Below, one piece after another: positions 57,256 to 64,000 of a DNA stretch of 64,000 bases. Source of the DNA: Neoechinorhynchus agilis. Lineage: Eukaryota > Animalia > Acanthocephala. The notes below the pieces were generated by a model. It saw only the letters and a list, made by a program, of their open reading frames with translations. It was not told the DNA's origin and did no database searches. The DNA is taken from the NCBI GenBank assembly GCA_051530055.1, contig CM121341.1:6860784-6924783 (forward strand), read 5' to 3'. Numbering within the stretch: the first letter of the stretch is position 1; every line of letters begins with the position of its first letter. The position numbers and the translations under genes were made by a program.

Positions 57256-58017
57256 TTAATTCGCCTTGCTCTTGAATCCTGGTAGTTTGCCTAGAGTTGA
57301 TCTAATCGAGTGTTTGGCTTTATCGAAAGTTTGATCGATTTGTTTCTGATAGGAAATATAGACGAACGGAACACTGAATGAAATAAGAAGAGCTAAAAAC
57401 GCAAATTTTTCTCTATTAAGTAAATGGGACTAATACTCACAGATGATGAGAAGACTGATTGGATGGATACATCTCGATACGGAAAAGACGATTGATAGCA
57501 GCACAAGACTTCCCAATGATTGTGGAACATTATTCCACAAGATAATCTCATGACAATGTTTCATTAGAGTGTTTCCATGTTTCACAAGTGAATCGGCAAT
57601 ATAACGAGCGTGATCGTTAGTAAATTGGAGCGGTTCACCATGAGAGCACAGCTCTCTGATTGGACATTCGTCAAGATTCGCACACAGTTGAGTTGATGGG
57701 AACGCCGATATTCCCAGAACATCCACACAGACGTATCGAATTGTTCGATAGATCAGAACGCCAACCATGATGAGGATCGTGAATCCGCTCAAGAATCGTA
57801 CCGTGCTCATCACTCGAAGGGCGATGAGAATTGCGAACGATACGATAAGAACCATTGCTGAGATAGCTGGAGATTTCCATAAAATAAGATCCGTCATAAA
57901 TCGCTTGACGCGACAAATGGGCGATGGCCCTCCATGCGAGTTTATTTCCGATCGTATTGGCTCCTGCGGTAGTGGTGGCGGCGGCGGTGGTGGTGGCGAA
58001 TCCATACTCTTAAACAC
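57256..58017 (-). CDS. Reticulon (RHD), two exons
   Basis: DLILWKSPAISAMVL..EIILWNNVPQSL, GT-AG intron ~57388-57437, then LLISFSVPFVYISYQKQID..KLPGFKSKAN. Confidence 0.85.
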
Positions 58018-58301
58018 AAAAAAAAGGAACGAAAAGGACGCAAAAATGAGATGACTTGAAAGAGTTCGCGTTATATCTACTCATCAAGTTGACAAAAAGC
58101 ACGCAAAAGGTTAAGGAGACGCGTGAAATTGACGAGAGGAGAACATTGTAGCACAAATTTGGTTCCGAGAGTGCGAAGAATACACCCCATTTTTATGAAT
58201 GCGCGCTATTATTGATGGAAGAATTCCAACAACAAAAATGTGACGTCAGTATTTTTGGAGAAAGCGTCCTTTTGATGAAGTTTCATTTGAGTTTTGTAGT
58301 C

Positions 58302-59958
58302 GTTCCGAAGGTCCGTTTATTGACCGAAAACTCGTTCAAGCCGTAAAAACAAGTCCTGGAGTCTTTGAAATCAACTCCGGGATCCAAATGTGACCGGATT
58401 TCACAATTGGCGAGATAATGAAAAAGGTTACCTATTAAAAAATCTCCTCAATAATAAAGACTTTTTCGGATTTGTAGTAAAAATGATCGAGTCCTCGGTT
58501 TTCCATGTTGTTCCGAAGGTCCGTTTATTGACCGAAAACTCGTTTAAGCCGTAAAAACAAGTCCTGGAGTCTTTGAAATTAACTCCAGGATCCAAATGTG
58601 ACCGGATTTCACAATTGGCGAGATAATGAAAAAGGTTACCTATTAAAAAATCTCCTCAATAATAAAGACTTTTTCGGATTTGTAGTAAAAATGATCGAGT
58701 CCTCGGTTTTCCATGTTGTTCCGAAGGTCCGTTTATTGACCGAAAACTCGTTTAAGCCGTAAAAACAAGTCCTGGAGTCTTTGAAATCAACTCCGGGATC
58801 CAAATGTGACCGGATTTCACAATTGGCGAGATAATGAAAAAGGTTACCTATTAAAAAATCTCCTCAATAATAAAGACTTTTTCGGATTTGTAGTAAAAAT
58901 GATCGAGTCCTCGGTTTTCCATGTTGTTCCGAAGGTCCGTTTATTGACCGAAAACTCGTTTAAGCCGTAAAAACAAGTCCTGGAGTCTTTGAAATTAACT
59001 CCAGGATCCAAATGTGACCGGATTTCACAATTGGCGAGATAATGAAAAAGGTTACCTATTAAAAAATCTCCTCAATAATAAAGACTTTTTCGGATTTGTA
59101 GTGAAAATAATTGAGTCCTCGGTTTTCCATGTTGTTCCGAAGGTCCGTTTATTGACCGAAAACTCGTTTAAGGCGTAAAAACAAGTCCTGGAGTCTTTGA
59201 AATTAACTCCAGGATCCAAATGTGACCGGATTTCACAATTGGCGAGATAATGAAAAAGGTTACCTATTAAAAAATCTCCTCAATAATAAAGACTTTTTCG
59301 GATTTGTAGTAAAAATGATCGAGTCCTCGGTTTTCCATGTTGTTCCGAAGGTCCGTTTATTGACCGAAAACTCGTTTAAGCCGTAAAAACAAGTCCTGGA
59401 GTCTTTGAAATTAACTCCAGGATCCAAATGTGACCGGATTTCACAATTGGCGAGATAATGAAAAAGGTTACCTATTAAAAAATCTCCTCAATAATAAAGA
59501 CTTTTTCGGATTTGTAGTAAAAATGATCGAGTCCTCGGTTTTCCATGTTGTTCCGAAGGTCCGTTTATTGACCGAAAACTCGTTTAAGCCGTAAAAACAA
59601 GTCCTGGAGTCTTTGAAATTAACTCCAGGATCCAAATGTGACCGGATTTCACAATTGGCGAGATAATGAAAAAGGTTACCTATTAAAAAATCTCCTCAAT
59701 AATAAAGACTTTTCGGATTTGTAGTAAAAATGATCGAGTCCTCGGTTTTCCATGTTGTTCCGAAGGTCCGTTTATTGACCGAAAACTCGTTCAAGCCGTA
59801 AAAACAAGTCCTGGAGTCTTTGAAATCAACTCCGGGATCCAAATGTGACCGGACTTCACAATTGGCGAGATAATGAAAAAGGTTACCTATTAAAAAATCT
59901 CCTCAATAATAAAGACTTTTTCGGATTTGTAGTAAAAATGACCGAGTCCTTGGTTCTC
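58302..59958 (+). repeat. 208-bp satellite (~8 units)
   Basis: gttccgaaggtccgtttattgaccg at 58302, 58510, ...; internal 9-bp hairpin tcctggagt/actccagga. Confidence 0.95.
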
Positions 59959-61305
59959 TCATATAATTTCAAATTCTTATCGAGTTTCTGAACGTGTTTC
60001 CCTTCGAATGTCTTCTTGATGCTTTAATAGCTTCTAGGAACGCCATTGATAGTTGACTCTAACACAGCTGAGGTCATTCGCCTAAGAAATCAAGGAGCTA
60101 TGAAGAGTTTTCAGCTTGTTTGTTTAAGGGAACCAGGTTTGTCGAGCGAAAAGCATTTATGAGTGTTTTTCCCAAGTATTCTTTGCTAAGATAACATTTC
60201 GGAATACTCGCAAACGGGTTCGTTATTTCACTAACATTAATCTAAGTTTAGGTCTTTTATAAGGTTTTTTACGGCGAGCCGCCCTCCAATTTTTAAAGGA
60301 ATTTGTGACCAAAATACTAATCCTAAATTTTAATGGATGCATTTCCGAATGCTACTTAAGAGGATACGAAGAATCCAACACAGAAAACTCGACAGCTGAC
60401 AGTTTGTAACATGGAAAGTTTGATGGATACGTGCTTGTTCCCGTCTGATATTTTCCATCTCTCCAGAATGTAATTATTATCCGTTTTCACATTTGAAGTC
60501 GTTAATTTCATTAATCGCACTTTATAATTACCGTAGATGTCGCTCTTCATGGATTAGAGAAATCGATTGCGATCTATGAGTTCAATTGTCCCGATTTATA
60601 TATATGTATTAAAGTTGTTTGAAATGCGCCAAAAACAATCGCAAACTCTGGTATCGGCGGAAAAAGCTGGGTTTTTTGCCATCCTTTACTAAAATCATTT
60701 CTCTAAAATACGTTTGGTCAATTAAGTATCACAGAATTAAACACTCTTTTGAATCCCGAAGCGAAGGATCTTCACCGTACTTCGATTCGAAAAAAATCCG
60801 TTTATATATTATGAGGAACGAGGCGTATCGATGTGGCAGTGTGGCATCTTAGAGAATGAATAGATGCGTAGTTTCAAAAGTGCGTTCTCGGTTCTCTATC
60901 AGCTCTGCTTTTTTGCTCTAACTCGTTTCGTTATCATGCCTCAGTAGTCTCATTGTGGTTGCAAATGTGAGACTGCTGTAGAAATGTGCCTTTATATATA
61001 TATAATCAAACCCGTTTGGCGTACTGTTTTGCCTAATGCATTATTCTCAATTCAAGCCATCATTTCTAGATTTTCGCATTATTTTTGGTTTTAAACGAGA
61101 GACAGCTTATATTCCGGATGATATTTTTTATAGTCCGAGGAAAAACCCAAGGAAAAGTAAATGGTTTTTTCTCTCACTCGAAAAAGATTCATTGGCAGAT
61201 TAGATTGGATGTTTTCGGTCGGGTCCGTCTGAAATCAGTTTGCAGACACAACTTCATTGGATACATCCACGTTTAAAAATGCTGCCCTCGGACTCGGATT
61301 TAAGA

Positions 61306-61746
61306 TCAGGTGGTTGCAACAGGCACGAACATGTCTATAATTTGTGCGTTTGGAGTATATGCTGGATGTGATTGCCGTCGGTCGATGTATTGAATGTTGT
61401 CCTGTTGCTCTGGAACATAGTTCACTGTCATTGGTGGATACTGTGGTTGAATCAAAACCTGATTTGGTTGAACGAATACTGGGACACCACCGTAACTCGT
61501 AGCCCTATTTCTCCGGCGTTGAGATGGAAAATGATGAATTTTACGCTGCTGATGGTGGTGATGATGGTGGTGTTGGATATCATTCATAGGAGCAGACGGT
61601 TGTTGATAGCCAAATTGAGAGTCACTGGTATAGCCCGTGTTTACGGGATAATGTTTCCTAGATTCCATATACCCATACGATTGGACGTTGTTTGATCCAT
61701 AGTCACTATTATAACCTCCAACCGAGGGGAGGTAATTCATAGGCAT
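61306..61746 (-). CDS. Hypothetical Y/Q/P/H-rich protein (possibly one exon)
   Basis: 146-aa low-complexity ORF with a poly-His run; no family recognised. Confidence 0.4.
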   Translation of the reverse strand: MPMNYLPSVGGYNSDYGSNNVQSYGYMESRKHYPVNTGYTSDSQFGYQQPSAPMNDIQHHHHHHHQQRKIHHFPSQRRRNRATSYGGVPVFVQPNQVLIQPQYPPMTVNYVPEQQDNIQYIDRRQSHPAYTPNAQIIDMFVPVATT

Positions 61747-62519
61747 TTTGAACCAACGAGCGATTCGGGAGGAGCTATTCGGCGGAACTTGAACAGACTC
61801 AAAGATGCACTTATATCCGTTGGGCGTGTCCGGACTGATTCATTATGGTAGGTGAAATGTAGAGAACATAGGGGAACTCTTAGATGCATAGAACATGAGC
61901 AACAGCACGAGTGACTTTCCTCTTCTTCTTTTTACAAAACATACATTTCATTTATGGCTAAATGCGCAATAAAGGGCGTTCTATCTTTTTAATTTTAGAA
62001 AAAAGTGTCGCTTCGTTCACTTCATTGACATTTATCAAAACAGACATACAGCGTTCATGCATCGATCGTTTCCTTCTTCATACACGCAGAAAATCAAACT
62101 GTGTTGGTGCCGAAAGTTGAGATTCAAACTAGATCGCTAGCGAGATTCTACCTAGCAATCGTAAGCTCATTATAGCACTCAACGAAAAAAATGGACTCTA
62201 AATATTCTACTAACAAACTTCTCCGTGTACAGCAGAGCGATTGCAGCAATCGATAATCTCGTGATTTGTGGATCGTTTTTAATGTGGTTAGAAGCCGCTC
62301 AATTGATCGATATGAATGATTCAACAAAGTGCTCCGTTCCACTTGGTATCATTTTCAGTAGCTCGATGCAGTCGAATTGGATCCTTTTGGCCGCCAATGT
62401 CGATGTGCTCATCACGTCGCATTAAAGACATAGAATGAAATGATATTTAAATCTCGCCTTCTTTCACTTCGCAACGAAAAGTTATCGCCTCTACAATTTG
62501 ACTTCTGACCCAGATTTTC

Positions 62520-63300
62520 TGCAACCGATTCCCTACTTTGCATTTATGACACGCCCCTACGTAACCTTGACAATAATCCCTCCCACGTCACCCGTCTCAT
62601 TCAACTTGATTTATCGAATGCTTTCGACCCCGTGGACCATGCGCTCCTCCTCAGATTTTGGTCTCAACTTGTGGCAGATCCGCTGGCTCGAATCTTATCT
62701 TCACAATCGCAAACAATACATTCACTGTTCTCAAGATGCTGTGCTGTCACCACTTCTCTTTAATATTTTTCTAAACAACCACAAACCTCTCTTCTCTCAA
62801 TATGCCGACTATATCATCCTCATCACCCATTCACCACCTCGCCTCTCCTTGACCTCTAACAAAATCACACACATAAACGATTTCTGCACCAATCACAAAA
62901 TCCGCCTAAATTTCTCCAAATGCTTCGAGATGATCCTCTCAATCTCCTGCAACCCCACATTCCCCCTGGGTCTCGCACATCACACTTTTCTCCTCAAACG
63001 CCTCCGACATTTAGGAATCCCTTCACCCGACCTCTACAAATTTTACTTCTGCTTTATTTTACCTTCCCTCACCTACGGTTACCCCGTATTTTGCAACCTT
63101 TCCAAATCGCTAATCCGCCGTCTTCAAAATTCCTCATAAAAGAACATCTAACATTTTCACAACTTACTTTTCCCATCTCACCGAATGCTTCGCTACTATT
63201 TTCATGAAACAATCAAAACGGCTATCAACCCTTGAACCACAATTTGAACACAACACTCGTAATCCTAATTCGCTTCATCCTCCATCGACCTCGAACCTCC
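62520..63300 (+). mobile_element. CR1/L2-type LINE reverse transcriptase remnant with internal deletions
   Basis: DLSNAFDPVDH (alternate frame), WLESYLHNRKQ, VLSPLLFNIFLN, QYAD, LNFSKC, LLKRLRHLG..YFCFILPSLTYGYPV; C-rich strand. Confidence 0.8.
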
Positions 63301-64000
63301 CTAAACCTACGCTCCTTTTTCCATGCTGTCCAATCTTCTCTCGGATATCATTACCCGAAATGGTTCTGAAGAAAGACCTACCTTATGAGCGCTCCTGCAA
63401 ACAATAAAGTCCAATTCGAACCAGAACAGACCTTCCAACCCAACCGGATATTCTCAATCGGACGGACACATCCTCACCCGAACGAACCGTCCCCGATTGG
63501 ATAGTTCCTACCCAAATAGACATCCCTCCGACCAGATATTACCACCCGAACGAACCTCCCTCGACTGAATATTCCCATATCAACGGATGAGGACCCAAAG
63601 GTACATGGGTCCTCTTGACCTTTTGTATTTTCAACCACCAACCTTCCTAACCTGATTGGATATTTCCCCGAACGACCGGACCTGTTATAGACTCCAAAAT
63701 CAACTGCCACATTCATTTAAAAAATCAGAATTCTAGTGTTCATGAAGACCCGAAGGTACATGAGTTCTATTCTTTTGGCTTTAAATCGAGATTTTTCGGA
63801 AATCGAAAATCCAATGTGATTAATCCAGTTTCATGAATGAACATAGTTTCGTTTTCTGCAAATTTTATGTTTGTTCGGCGCGTTGGGTCGCCACGCTGAT
63901 TCGCTGCAACAGGAAGCTAATTTTTATGGATTATCCAAACGCCCTGATCCTCCGGATGACAAGGGAGGTGTAGATACGGGCATGGAATGTGATGTGGAAA

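Noticed and set aside
45371-59958. CRISPR arrays among the 110-, 290- and 208-bp repeats
   Set aside because: Head-to-tail satellites without unique spacers, no cas genes, eukaryotic context.
1-64000. Most short track ORFs antisense to or overlapping real genes (e.g. 5503..5886, 38810..39218, 44674..44970, 50291..50584)
   Set aside because: Shadow frames of recognised CDSs or repeats, with no independent motifs.
1-64000. Assignment to a specific taxon (larvacean, dicyemid, flatworm, etc.)
   Set aside because: Short introns and divergent proteins fit several lineages, and no rRNA or other diagnostic marker is in the window.

Overview
AT-rich eukaryotic genomic DNA with short (~45-55 nt) spliceosomal introns and strongly divergent housekeeping genes. 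A T1-domain Kv channel points to a compact, fast-evolving metazoan; the species cannot be identified from this window. Recognisable genes: Rab escort protein (CHM-like), ITPA, a Kv channel, RPLP0 (3 copies), kelch-like ORFs, ZNHIT6/BCD1, two TFIIB-core paralogs, ATP5F1C, an FGD-family RhoGEF, XPO7/RANBP17, mago nashi, RPL15, NSE4 and a reticulon. Orphan gene fragments (DHX37 N-terminus, a variant H3 exon, decayed ZNHIT6 5' ends), CRE-, CR1/L2- and Penelope-type retroelement remnants, MITE-like foldbacks and six satellite arrays are also present. Positions ~5.4-24.5 kb form a large inverted segmental duplication plus a tandem copy. Many single-base indels in conserved genes suggest an error-prone long-read consensus. 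The main discovery is the 361-bp tandem array at 30099-32332. Each unit carries a tRNA-Ser-like Pol III A/B-box head followed by a complete hammerhead ribozyme core whose three strands are in a non-circularly permuted order (GAAA strand, then CUGAUGA strand, then NUH strand; a pseudoknotted fold). The unit has no Pol III T4 terminator. Diverged relatives lie at 29975-30098, 33328-33422 and 56245-56430, and a Penelope GIY-YIG remnant with its own minimal hammerhead lies at ~53.1-53.7 kb. Together these suggest a Pol III-driven retrozyme-like system; ribozyme activity is inferred, not shown.
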